This document shows positions 18,205 through 25,957 of a DNA stretch of 32,000 nucleotides, one piece after another. How positions within the stretch are numbered: position 1 is the stretch's first letter; every line of letters begins with the position of its first letter. The notes below the pieces were generated by a model. It had not been told where the DNA came from and made no database searches. It worked only from the letters and a program-made list of their open reading frames with translations. The position numbers were made by a program, and so were the translations under genes. Source of the DNA: Candidatus Paracaedimonas acanthamoebae (lineage in GTDB: Bacteria > Pseudomonadota > Alphaproteobacteria > Caedimonadales > Caedimonadaceae); NCBI GenBank assembly GCA_000743035.1, contig CP008936.1:1260001-1292000 (forward strand), read 5' to 3'.

Positions 18205-19344
18205 ATGACCATGAAAATTTTCTATCAATTATTTTTAAGTTTGTTGTTAAGTATTTCGACTCCCTTGCTTGCCGATAATGAAAACACACTGCTTTCGCAA
18301 CCTATTCCTATCGATCAAATTTCGACCTTTTTAGCCGGCATTCCACAAGGCGGCCCCTTCACTGAGTATGAGCAAACCCACGAATGGCAAGACTTTTCTA
18401 AAGACTTTGAATATCGTTGGCAAAGCATTCAAGAAAAACGGCTTGCTCCCATGAGAGCTTGGCGTGATCAATACTTGGGCCCCATCACTTTGCCACTTTT
18501 CTATCCTATGGGGGGTCCGGATGTTTTAAATGCTCTTTTGTTCTTTCCTCATAGTGCTGAATATCTCATTGTAGGGCTTGAACGTGTAGGGCGAAAGATT
18601 GATTTTGAAATGCTGGCCATGCCTGAGAAACGACGAAGCTACTTTGAAAACATTCAAAATGGTACAAGCTCTCTTTTCCAGCGCAGTTTTTTTATTACAA
18701 AGGATATGTCCAAGGACTTTTTTGATTATGGCGTTCTACCAACCCTCCTAGCCCTTCTTAAGCGGTCTCAAGCCGAAATAAAATCGATTACTTTTGTAAA
18801 AATTACAGCTGAGGGTGAACTCCTTGAATGCCCTGACGATCAAGCTCAAGGTGTCCACATCTTGTTTTTTCAAAAAGGCCATGAAAAACCTCAAACGCTC
18901 TCTTATTTTAGACAGAATCTTAATGATTACAATATTCACCAATTTACCTCTTTCTTAAAAAAGAAAGCTCCCTTGGCAACAATGTTTAAGTCAGCCTCTT
19001 ACACACCTCATCAAGTTGGTTTTGCTAAACTCGTTGAATTCGTTCTTGAAAATACAACCCTACTCTTGCAGGACGATACAGGTCTTCCCTATCGGGTGCT
19101 GCAGCAACATCAATGGCAGCTTAAATATTTTGGTATTTATGAAGAGCCTTACGGAGAAAGCTTTGTGGCTTATAAACAGCCTGATCTCGCTCGCTATTTC
19201 ATTGAGCAAAAAGCAGTTATAAGAGAACTACCTTTCCGCATCGGTTATGGTTATGGCAAAGTCCCCTCTAATTTTTTGATTGCAATGCCCCCGATTAAAG
19301 GCCTGGAATCAACAAATGAACCGAGTCCAAAACCAACTCCTTAA
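18205..19344 (+). CDS. hypothetical secreted protein (379 aa)
   Basis: From the ORF track. Signal peptide MKIFYQLFLSLLLSISTPLLA. Globular-looking, non-repetitive sequence with an FYPMGGPDVLNAL motif. No family recognised with confidence. Confidence 0.6.
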   Translation: MTMKIFYQLFLSLLLSISTPLLADNENTLLSQPIPIDQISTFLAGIPQGGPFTEYEQTHEWQDFSKDFEYRWQSIQEKRLAPMRAWRDQYLGPITLPLFYPMGGPDVLNALLFFPHSAEYLIVGLERVGRKIDFEMLAMPEKRRSYFENIQNGTSSLFQRSFFITKDMSKDFFDYGVLPTLLALLKRSQAEIKSITFVKITAEGELLECPDDQAQGVHILFFQKGHEKPQTLSYFRQNLNDYNIHQFTSFLKKKAPLATMFKSASYTPHQVGFAKLVEFVLENTTLLLQDDTGLPYRVLQQHQWQLKYFGIYEEPYGESFVAYKQPDLARYFIEQKAVIRELPFRIGYGYGKVPSNFLIAMPPIKGLESTNEPSPKPTP

Positions 19345-19348
19345 TCGT

Positions 19349-20344
19349 TTAAGAAGCGCCTAAACCTAAAATACGGTAAGCTTCAGATGTTAATTGGCGG
19401 CCTCTTGGTGTTCGTTGTAAAAAGCCTTGCTGGATAAGATATGGCTCAACAACATCTTCCAACGTATCTCGTTGCTCAGAAAGGGCTGCTGCAAGCGTTT
19501 CCACACCTACTGGCCCTCCATTATAGACGCGTGCAAGCTGATTTAAATATTGCCGATCTAATGCATCCAACCCCTCCTGATCAACCCCTAATCGATTGAG
19601 GGCTTGCGCACAAAATTCGGCATCAGCCTCAGGAACCTTCATGACTTCAGCAAAATCTCTCATCCGTCTTAAAAGACGCCCTGCAATACGAGGTGTGCCC
19701 CGCGCTCGATGAGCGACCGCCTTAATGCCATCAGCTGTCATTGTGAATGAGAGCAGTCTCGCCGCTCGCGCTACAATCATTTCAAGTTCAGCAGGGGTAT
19801 AATACTCAAGCCGTAAAGGTATACCAAAGCGATCCCTTAAAGGTGAGGTAATTAATCCCGTGCGCGTAGTTGCGGCAACTAAGGTAAAGGGAGGCAAATC
19901 GATTCGAATAGAACGGGCTGCAGGCCCCTCACCAATGATTAAATCTAGCTTAAAGTCCTCCATCGCAGGATAGAGAACTTCCTCAATCGTTGGATTAAGC
20001 CGATGAATTTCATCAATGAAAAGAACATCCTTGGGCTGCAAATTGGTTAAAATTGCGGCTAAATCCCCTGGTTTGTTAATGATGGGCCCCGTGGTCGCCC
20101 GAAAGTTAACGCCTAACTCCGTCGCCACAATTTGCGCAAGCGTCGTCTTTCCCAAGCCAGGAGGACCATAAAAGAGCACGTGATCTAAAGCTTCTTCTCG
20201 TTGGCGAGCCGCTTCAATGAAAACCTTCAGGTTTTCACGCACTGATTGCTGGCCAATAAAATCTTGAAGTGAACTTGGCCGCAAAGATTTTTCAGTAAAA
20301 TCTTCATCAAGAATATTTGGATCTGTGAGTCGTTGCAAGTGCAA
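19349..20344 (-). CDS. ruvB: Holliday junction branch migration ATPase RuvB
   Basis: [12 protein letters not shown], Walker [10 protein letters not shown] and Walker [13 protein letters not shown] start with a GAGGA SD 8 nt upstream, one codon after the ruvA stop. Confidence 0.95.
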   Translation of the reverse strand: MHLQRLTDPNILDEDFTEKSLRPSSLQDFIGQQSVRENLKVFIEAARQREEALDHVLFYGPPGLGKTTLAQIVATELGVNFRATTGPIINKPGDLAAILTNLQPKDVLFIDEIHRLNPTIEEVLYPAMEDFKLDLIIGEGPAARSIRIDLPPFTLVAATTRTGLITSPLRDRFGIPLRLEYYTPAELEMIVARAARLLSFTMTADGIKAVAHRARGTPRIAGRLLRRMRDFAEVMKVPEADAEFCAQALNRLGVDQEGLDALDRQYLNQLARVYNGGPVGVETLAAALSEQRDTLEDVVEPYLIQQGFLQRTPRGRQLTSEAYRILGLGAS

Positions 20345-20347
20345 GCT

Positions 20348-20956
20348 TTATATCCTCGCAAGTTTTGTTAAGCTGAAGCGAATTAAGTCTTCAATTGTAG
20401 CATCTTTCCCAGCTTTTTGTTGGGCAAAATTTAAAGCCTCTTGAGCTTCCGCCAATTTATAACCAAGGTTCGTTAATGCCGACAGGGCGTCTTGAAGAGC
20501 AACCGTGGGCAATGATAGCGCCGCACTCGTGTCAACATTCCCGAAAGGCATTTGCTTATTGACCTTGTCTTTAAGCTCATGAACCAAGCGCATCGCAAGT
20601 TTTGGTCCCACTCCTTCAGCTTGGGCAAAAAAATTCTTGTCCTGGTTCATGATAGCACTTGCGAACTGGTGAGGTTCCGCAATAGATAAGATCGCAAGAG
20701 CGACTTTCATTCCCACACCTTGTACTGATAAAAATAGGCGAAACCACTCTCTTTCTTCGCTTGTCTTAAAACCATACAACTGCATGAAATCTTCCCGAAC
20801 AATCATTTCTGTAAAAAGAGTGATAGCCTCCCCCGATTTCCCGAACTTGCTCAAGGTTTTTTGAGAGCAAAGCACGCTATAACCAACCCCATTCACATCA
20901 ATGACCGCACTATTGTCATGAGTTGAATCAATAACGCCTGTTAATTTACTAATCAT
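20348..20956 (-). CDS. ruvA: Holliday junction DNA helicase subunit RuvA
   Basis: Track ORF trimmed to MISKLTGVI... (ATG 20956), which forms an ATGA overlap with the ruvC stop. Also F.LF..L..V.GVG.K.AL.IL, the HhH motifs and a C-terminal domain III. Confidence 0.9.
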   Translation of the reverse strand: MISKLTGVIDSTHDNSAVIDVNGVGYSVLCSQKTLSKFGKSGEAITLFTEMIVREDFMQLYGFKTSEEREWFRLFLSVQGVGMKVALAILSIAEPHQFASAIMNQDKNFFAQAEGVGPKLAMRLVHELKDKVNKQMPFGNVDTSAALSLPTVALQDALSALTNLGYKLAEAQEALNFAQQKAGKDATIEDLIRFSLTKLARI

Positions 20957-21450
20957 GCGCAGTTCTTCCATCTCTTTTCAATTGATGAAGTATGCACGTG
21001 ACAAATGGCAACAGCAAGGGCATCCGCTGCATCTTCTTTAACTCCCTTACATCCATATAATAAGCGCTCAACCATCAAAGCCACTTGATCCTTTGTCGCA
21101 TGCCCCACACCGACAACTGTTTTCTTGACACTGTTGGTGGCATATTCTGCTACCTTTAAGCCATGCTGGGCTGGCACCAATAAAACAACGCCACGAGCCA
21201 TGCCTAATTTAAGGGTTGAGTTAGCATTCATATTAACAAAAGTTTCTTCAACGGCCGCCTCTGCTGGCTGATATTGTGTAATAACTGCTTGTAACTCATG
21301 ATGAAGAATGTTTAGACGATTTGAAAAATCAAGTTTGCTCGAAGGACTAATGACACCATGAGCCACATATTTAAGAGCATTCCCCGTCGCCTTCACAATT
21401 CCCCATCCTGTATGCCGTAACCCAGGATCTAAGCCAATAATTGTTGGCAC
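20953..21450 (-). CDS. ruvC: crossover junction endodeoxyribonuclease RuvC
   Basis: IIGLDPGLRHTGWGIV (catalytic Asp), EETFVN and a C-terminal DAADALAVAICH motif. GTG start. Confidence 0.9.
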   Translation of the reverse strand: MPTIIGLDPGLRHTGWGIVKATGNALKYVAHGVISPSSKLDFSNRLNILHHELQAVITQYQPAEAAVEETFVNMNANSTLKLGMARGVVLLVPAQHGLKVAEYATNSVKKTVVGVGHATKDQVALMVERLLYGCKGVKEDAADALAVAICHVHTSSIEKRWKNCA

Positions 21451-21480
21451 TTAGCGTTTCCTTTTTCTTTTTTGTTATGC

Positions 21481-22230
21481 TTAAAGCTCTAATGTTTTTA
21501 GGACTGATTCATCGATATCTTCGTTCGAATAAACATTCTGAACATCATCGTTGTCATCGAGAACATCTAAGAACTTGAAAAGTGTTTTAGCGGTATCCGC
21601 ATCAACAGGAATTGTGTTTTGAGGTTTCCAAACAAGCTTTGCGGCTTGAGGATCTCCAAATTTAGCAATCAGCATGTCGCGAACAGCGGCCAATTCCTCA
21701 ACCTTACAATAAATTTCATGCTGATCTTGGTTTGTGGCAACATCGCTTGCGCCCGCTTCAAGAGCTGCTTCAAACATAATATCTACACTTGCCTTGGAAA
21801 CGGGATAAAGAATTTGCCCCAGCTGATCAAACTGAAAACTCACGCTATTCGACTCTCCTAAATTTCCGCCATACTTTGTAAAGCTTGATCGAACCTCTGC
21901 AGCTGTTCGATTACGATTATCTGTTAAAGCTTCCACAATCACGGCAACCCCTCCTGGTCCATATCCTTCGTACCGAATGGCTTGGTAGTCTGCCCCATCT
22001 TCTCCGCCAGAAGCACGCTTAATCGCACGCTCCATGGTATCTTTTGGCATATTCGCCTCACGCGCTGCAATGACAGCACTGCGAAGACGTGGATTACTTA
22101 AAAGATCTGCCCCTCCTTCTTTGGCAGCAACTGTGAGCTCACGAATAAGTTTAGTAAAAACCTTTGCACGCTTTGCATCTTGAGCGCCTTTTCGATGCAT
22201 AATATTTTTAAACTGGGAATGTCCTGCCAT
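21481..22230 (-). CDS. yebC: YebC/PmpR-family DNA-binding transcriptional regulator
   Basis: [32 protein letters not shown]...GG.D...NPRLR is the invariant YebC N-terminus. It occupies the conserved position upstream of ruvCAB. Confidence 0.9.
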   Translation of the reverse strand: MAGHSQFKNIMHRKGAQDAKRAKVFTKLIRELTVAAKEGGADLLSNPRLRSAVIAAREANMPKDTMERAIKRASGGEDGADYQAIRYEGYGPGGVAVIVEALTDNRNRTAAEVRSSFTKYGGNLGESNSVSFQFDQLGQILYPVSKASVDIMFEAALEAGASDVATNQDQHEIYCKVEELAAVRDMLIAKFGDPQAAKLVWKPQNTIPVDADTAKTLFKFLDVLDDNDDVQNVYSNEDIDESVLKTLEL

Positions 22231-22384
22231 TGAATCCTCATCTTTTAATCAACTTTATGCTTCATCAATCGCAGAGGAACAGGGGGGACGTCAAGAGATT
22301 CGTTTAATTAATTCTTTTCTATTAACGAAAGAGATCTCTTGGAATAAGGCGACCGACAAAAAGCAACTTCTCAACAATATAATT

Positions 22385-23290
22385 TCATTGGATGATTTGT
22401 ACTGAAGATGGGCGCCCAAAAGCTTTGACCAACCTTTCCCAAAGATTTGATAAATGAGAAATTCCATATACAATGAGGGTTTTATGGTTTTTAGAAACAG
22501 AATCTTTGATTACGTTTATGAGATGATTGTCTCTATGATTATGAAACCAATAAGCCATCCTCTGCGTATATGTATATAAAGCATCTTCCTTATTACTTGA
22601 CTCATGAAAAGAGCATCCTTTTTTCCATCCAGAAAATTCTTTTTCCATGTTTAGGGGAGCCCCAAATCGTTGTTTCCACCATATAAGAAAATCATTATAG
22701 TCTAAATATACCTTTTCTTCTATCCAGGTGGCAATCTTATTTTTTAAAAATGCATTACACATATTTTCCCATGAAGATGAATCGAATTTTTGAGTATGAG
22801 TTTCAAAGTCGCCGTCTCGATAAAAGTAAGGGAGTTGCTGCACTAATAAATAAAATATGACATCTTCACGTGAGTAACCATACTTCTTTAATAAAGGTAT
22901 TTGCTCCTTTTCAGATAGTTCTGCACCTATAAAATTAACCTGATATTTTGTGGCAAGGTATGCAGCATAAAGATTTTCTTGGCATTTTCCTTTTTTTTCG
23001 CAGATTTCTGCAGACTTTTTCTTTAAGCGCACAGGTGATACCCCTTCTCGAGCAGAGCAGAAACCTTCCATTATGTAGATATCTGGCTTCTCATTTTGAA
23101 AAATATCTTTTATGCGCTTGTGCTGAGGAGAATTAATATCATTTGTATGCCAGCAAGCAACAAAGATAAGTTCTTTATTGTCTTTTAAAGACCATCGCAC
23201 AATTTGAGAGGGCCACTCTTTAGATGAAATTTCCTGTATACAATAAGTAGGATGTATCCATAGAATTAGGAAGCAAATAAATCTTTTCAT
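22385..23290 (-). CDS. hypothetical secreted protein, possibly TraB/GumN/Tiki-superfamily
   Basis: Track ORF trimmed to MKRFICFLILWIHPTYC (ATG 23290, AAGGGAGA SD). The ordered motifs LIFVACWHT, IYIMEG, RDNHLINVI and TLIVYGISHL resemble the (G)xxH ... E ... R-N/D ... GxxHL arrangement of TraB/GumN/Tiki proteins. Called by eye only. Confidence 0.4.
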   Translation of the reverse strand: MKRFICFLILWIHPTYCIQEISSKEWPSQIVRWSLKDNKELIFVACWHTNDINSPQHKRIKDIFQNEKPDIYIMEGFCSAREGVSPVRLKKKSAEICEKKGKCQENLYAAYLATKYQVNFIGAELSEKEQIPLLKKYGYSREDVIFYLLVQQLPYFYRDGDFETHTQKFDSSSWENMCNAFLKNKIATWIEEKVYLDYNDFLIWWKQRFGAPLNMEKEFSGWKKGCSFHESSNKEDALYTYTQRMAYWFHNHRDNHLINVIKDSVSKNHKTLIVYGISHLSNLWERLVKAFGRPSSVQIIQ

Positions 23291-23445
23291 AAGATCTCCC
23301 TTTTGAGCTTTCGACTTAGATAATATTATTATCGAATTTCTCACCTATTTTAAAACACAATACGACATTATCATTTATTACGACATCTGATATGCTTTGG
23401 GATATGCAGCGCTGCATCTAGCTTATCTCTCCCACACCATACCTC

Positions 23446-23580
23446 TCACACATGATGGAAAATCTTCTGGCGCCTATTAACATTTTTAGGCTGCCTGAGA
23501 TCCTCGGCACAAGGCCGGGGATGACCTTGTGGGTGGTACTCTTGCAGCTCATCAGTTTTTAACCCTTTATTTCCAAACAT
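23446..23580 (-). CDS. small ORF (44 aa): MFGNKGLKTDELQEYHPQGHPRPCAEDLRQPKNVNRRQKIFHHV
   Basis: Below the ORF-track size cut-off; my own translation. A strong AAGGAGA SD lies 6 nt before the ATG at 23580. Its C-terminal half is encoded by the 67-nt repeat shared with ORF 24079..24429. Confidence 0.4.
   Translation of the reverse strand: MFGNKGLKTDELQEYHPQGHPRPCAEDLRQPKNVNRRQKIFHHV
23459..23525. repeat. 67-nt direct repeat, copy 1
   Basis: 64 of 67 nt are identical to 24149-24215, at an offset of exactly 690 bp. Mismatches are at 23471 and 23517-23518. Confidence 0.95.
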
Positions 23581-23870
23581 TTTTTTCTCCTTCTTTTGTT
23601 TTGTTCACCTTGATGAAATCATGAGTTCCTCTTCTTCTTTCCGAACACAAGACTTCTTTTTTTCTTAAGGATCAAGGGTTGGTTCCTCTTCATTTAAACC
23701 CTCCCCCCTTGCTTCTTAAGTTGTTCTCAATAAGGCTTAAACCTTGTGAGAATTTTTGTTATTTCTTCCTTTCTTTATCAAATTCCAATCTTGCCATCCT
23801 TGGGCCTGTCCCAAGGATCTCAAGAGACCGAAAGATCCATCATGTCACCAATCGTTTCCCTTCAGCATTT

Positions 23871-23898
23871 CCTGGATCCCCGCCTGCACGGGGATGAC
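23871..23898 (-). repeat. small GC-rich palindromic element GTCATCCCCG-TGCAGG-CGGGGATC (minus-strand orientation)
   Basis: 7-bp stem ATCCCCG/CGGGGAT at 23876-23895. A truncated tandem half-copy (GCCACGGATGAC) lies at about 23909-23920. Confidence 0.6.
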
Positions 23899-24055
23899 AA
23901 GAAAGAAGCCACGGATGACAAAAAAAAGAATTCTTCATCTCTCGGAGCTTTTCCTTGACTACTTCTTCTCTCCTAGAGAAACCAAAACAGGGATTCCACT
24001 CTCTGACCCGTGCCTGTCACACACGGTTGAGAGCTTTTGGCATTTTTCCTATGGT

Positions 24056-24079
24056 GTCATTCCCGTGGAGGCGGGAATC
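24056..24079 (+). repeat. small GC-rich palindromic element GTCATTCCCG-TGGAGG-CGGGAATC (plus-strand orientation)
   Basis: 7-bp stem ATTCCCG/CGGGAAT at 24059-24078. It has the same architecture as the 23871-23898 copy but the opposite orientation. Confidence 0.6.
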
Positions 24080-24429
24080 TATAAAGACGGTGAGGACAGA
24101 AACTTCTCCTTTGTCTCCTGGCCCCTTTTGTGCCTGCCACGTACGCTTAAAATCTTCTGGTGCCTATTAACATTTTTAGGCTGCCTGAGATCCTCGGCAC
24201 AAGGCCAAGGATGACGGCGAAGTAGCCATCTAATCCTGTCCTCATCAATCACCATTAGTTGCCAGTTGCCAGTTGCCAGTTGCCAGCTGCCTAAAAAGAA
24301 ATTTCCTAACTTCTTTACAATATCAAAGATCCAATTTTGATGTTTCTCTCTTTCCCTGGTACCAAGGGAAGGTAAGAACTTTTCCCCCATCTTCAACCTG
24401 AGTGAAGAATCAGAAGGTGTGGTGTACAT
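24079..24429 (-). CDS. hypothetical ORF (116 aa), longer paralogue of the 44-aa ORF; possibly decayed
   Basis: From the ORF track. It contains HPWPCAEDLRQPKNVNRHQKI, against HPRPCAEDLRQPKNVNRRQKI in ORF 23446..23580. Homology continues upstream (IDED versus TDEL) with a 3-nt indel. The SD is weak, the ATG is buried in the 8-bp-stem hairpin at 24424-24441, and the ORF runs through a heptamer repeat. Confidence 0.3.
   Translation of the reverse strand: MYTTPSDSSLRLKMGEKFLPSLGTREREKHQNWIFDIVKKLGNFFLGSWQLATGNWQLMVIDEDRIRWLLRRHPWPCAEDLRQPKNVNRHQKILSVRGRHKRGQETKEKFLSSPSL
24149..24215. repeat. 67-nt direct repeat, copy 2
   Basis: See copy 1 at 23459-23525. Confidence 0.95.
24257..24291. repeat. 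heptanucleotide tandem repeat (AGTTGCC)x4 plus one degenerate unit AGCTGCC
   Basis: Read directly: AGTTGCC at 24257, 24264, 24271 and 24278, and AGCTGCC at 24285. It lies inside ORF 24079..24429 and encodes ...GSWQLATGNWQL.... Confidence 0.95.
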
Positions 24430-24844
24430 CCCTGGATGTACGAATGGTGTTTCACTAAGTCATTTTTTTGTTTTTCTCTCTTTCTTCCTGTTTGTTCTTA
24501 ACCTTGTTTTAGGGCGCAGAAACTCATTCGCTTAAATCTTTAAATCCAAGCCTCTTAAAACTCTTATTTCCTACTATCTTATTAGACTTTACTTCTTTTT
24601 CTTATCTATCGCATCTTAGCTTTCTCCCATGTTAAACGTTAAACCTACCTGTTTTTTATTTTATCTTACATGGGGGTGATCAATCCCTTAGGCTCTCTCG
24701 AGAAGAATGTTGAAGGGCTTGCCAGCCATTCAACCCTCTCCATTAATAGTAACAAATTTCATTTAAAAACTCAACCTTTTTCCTGTTATATTTATCAAGA
24801 AATCATCCTTTTTTGAACACGCCTTATCATCTTTCAATATATTA

Positions 24845-24872
24845 TTGACAATCAGAAAATAACACCTATATC
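24845..24872 (+). promoter_or_regulatory. sigma70-like promoter upstream of the F-box/LRR gene (TTGACA-16 nt-TATATC)
   Basis: -35 at 24845-24850 and -10 at 24867-24872, about 38 nt before the ATG at 24910. It has the same hexamer pair as the putative rpsD promoter. Confidence 0.35.
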
Positions 24873-24909
24873 TTTCTTGTCATAGGTCTTTTTACACGAA
24901 AATAATTAA

Positions 24910-25738
24910 ATGAAACTACGCTCTCTCCTGACTGCCATCTTGATCAATATCTATGTTCTTTCTCCTCTCTGGGGCACAGACCTGAGAGATGAGCAACAAG
25001 CTTTATCCTCAGCCGCTACTTCATATTTACTTAAAATGCTCCCTGACGATGTGATGGCCCTCATCCTTTCTTATGTCTCAGGTCCTACTCTCAATCGTTT
25101 ATGGGAAACAGGCGATAAGACAATGCAACAGAGATTATCCCAAAACGCCAAAGTTTTTGAGATAGGAAAGACCCAGAAACAACTCGTAGAGCTATCAACT
25201 TATAGGCTTCCTAAACCCAAACTTCCCTTTCATTTCTTAGAGGTCATAGTTTCTCGATATTCTGCTCTCATAAACCTAGATATATCCCGTAATCTCTGTG
25301 ACCAAGATGCCCTAGAAACATCTATACCCTCACTGACACACCTGAGGGCATTGAACCTATATGAATGCGGCTTAACAATATTGCCTCAGAATTTCTCAAA
25401 ACTCGTCAATCTCACTGAACTCAATGTAGGGTTTAATTGGTTTGTAGGTGGTGTTCTCCCTACTAAAATATTCACTAACGCAACTAATAACATTGATTAT
25501 AAGTGATTGTGGATTAACAACATTGCCTGAGAACTTACCGCAATTCGTCAAACTTACTTACCTAAATCTATCCTCTAATCGTTGTTTAGGTGATGATCTT
25601 AGGCCTCTCATTCCTTTATTAACCCTAAAACGTCTAAAAAGGGTAGAACTATCGGGTATGCACTTGACAAAGTCAAGCTTACCAGAGGAACTCCATCAAT
25701 ACCCTCATATCCTTCAAAACGTTGATTGGAAAAATTAA
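24910..25738 (+). pseudogene. eukaryote-like F-box plus leucine-rich-repeat protein, split by a +1 frameshift
   Basis: Track ORFs 24910..25506 and 25448..25738 overlap in different frames. F-box-like LPDDVMALILSYVSGPTLNRLW. LRRs LTHLRALNLYECGLTILPQNFSKLVNLTELNVGFN (frame 1) and LTQLITLIISDCGLTTLPENLPQFVKLTYLNLSSN (frame 2). Removing one A from the A4 run at 25465-25468 gives a continuous ...VLPTKYSLTQLITL... LRR register. Confidence 0.65.
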
Positions 25739-25782
25739 CAAAAGAAAACAGATCGTACGTCTTCTGGATTACCCCTCGGCCA

Positions 25783-25803
25783 CCCCCCTTTCTTTTAGGG
25801 GGG
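25783..25803 (+). terminator. GC hairpin CCCCCCT-TTCTTTT-AGGGGGG downstream of the LRR gene
   Basis: 7-bp stem read directly, 45 nt after the stop at 25738. No U-tract follows, so its function is uncertain. Confidence 0.3.
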
Positions 25804-25957
25804 CTTGGAACACGCTTTTCATCCCCGAAATCAAGAATGAACGCAAAATTATTAAATAAAGAATCCCTGCCGTTAGTGGATAGGGACTTTAATAGGGCAA
25901 ATTAAATTGCAAGCGGTAAAAATACAACCTTAAGAGGTTTAACCGCCCTCACTATGT

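Noticed and set aside
23679-24214. Three overlapping plus-strand ORFs (23679..23897, 23746..23958, 23756..24214) that cover the repeat region.
   Set aside because: All three plus frames are open here because the plus strand is pyrimidine-rich and poor in stop-forming triplets. The translations are low-complexity and none has an SD. The evidence for coding (a strong SD, a 3-nt indel between copies) favours the minus strand.
24257-24291. A check of whether the tandem array could be a CRISPR or minisatellite array.
   Set aside because: The units are 7 nt long, contiguous and without spacers, so this is a microsatellite and not a CRISPR array. No CRISPR-like repeat-spacer structure exists anywhere in the window.
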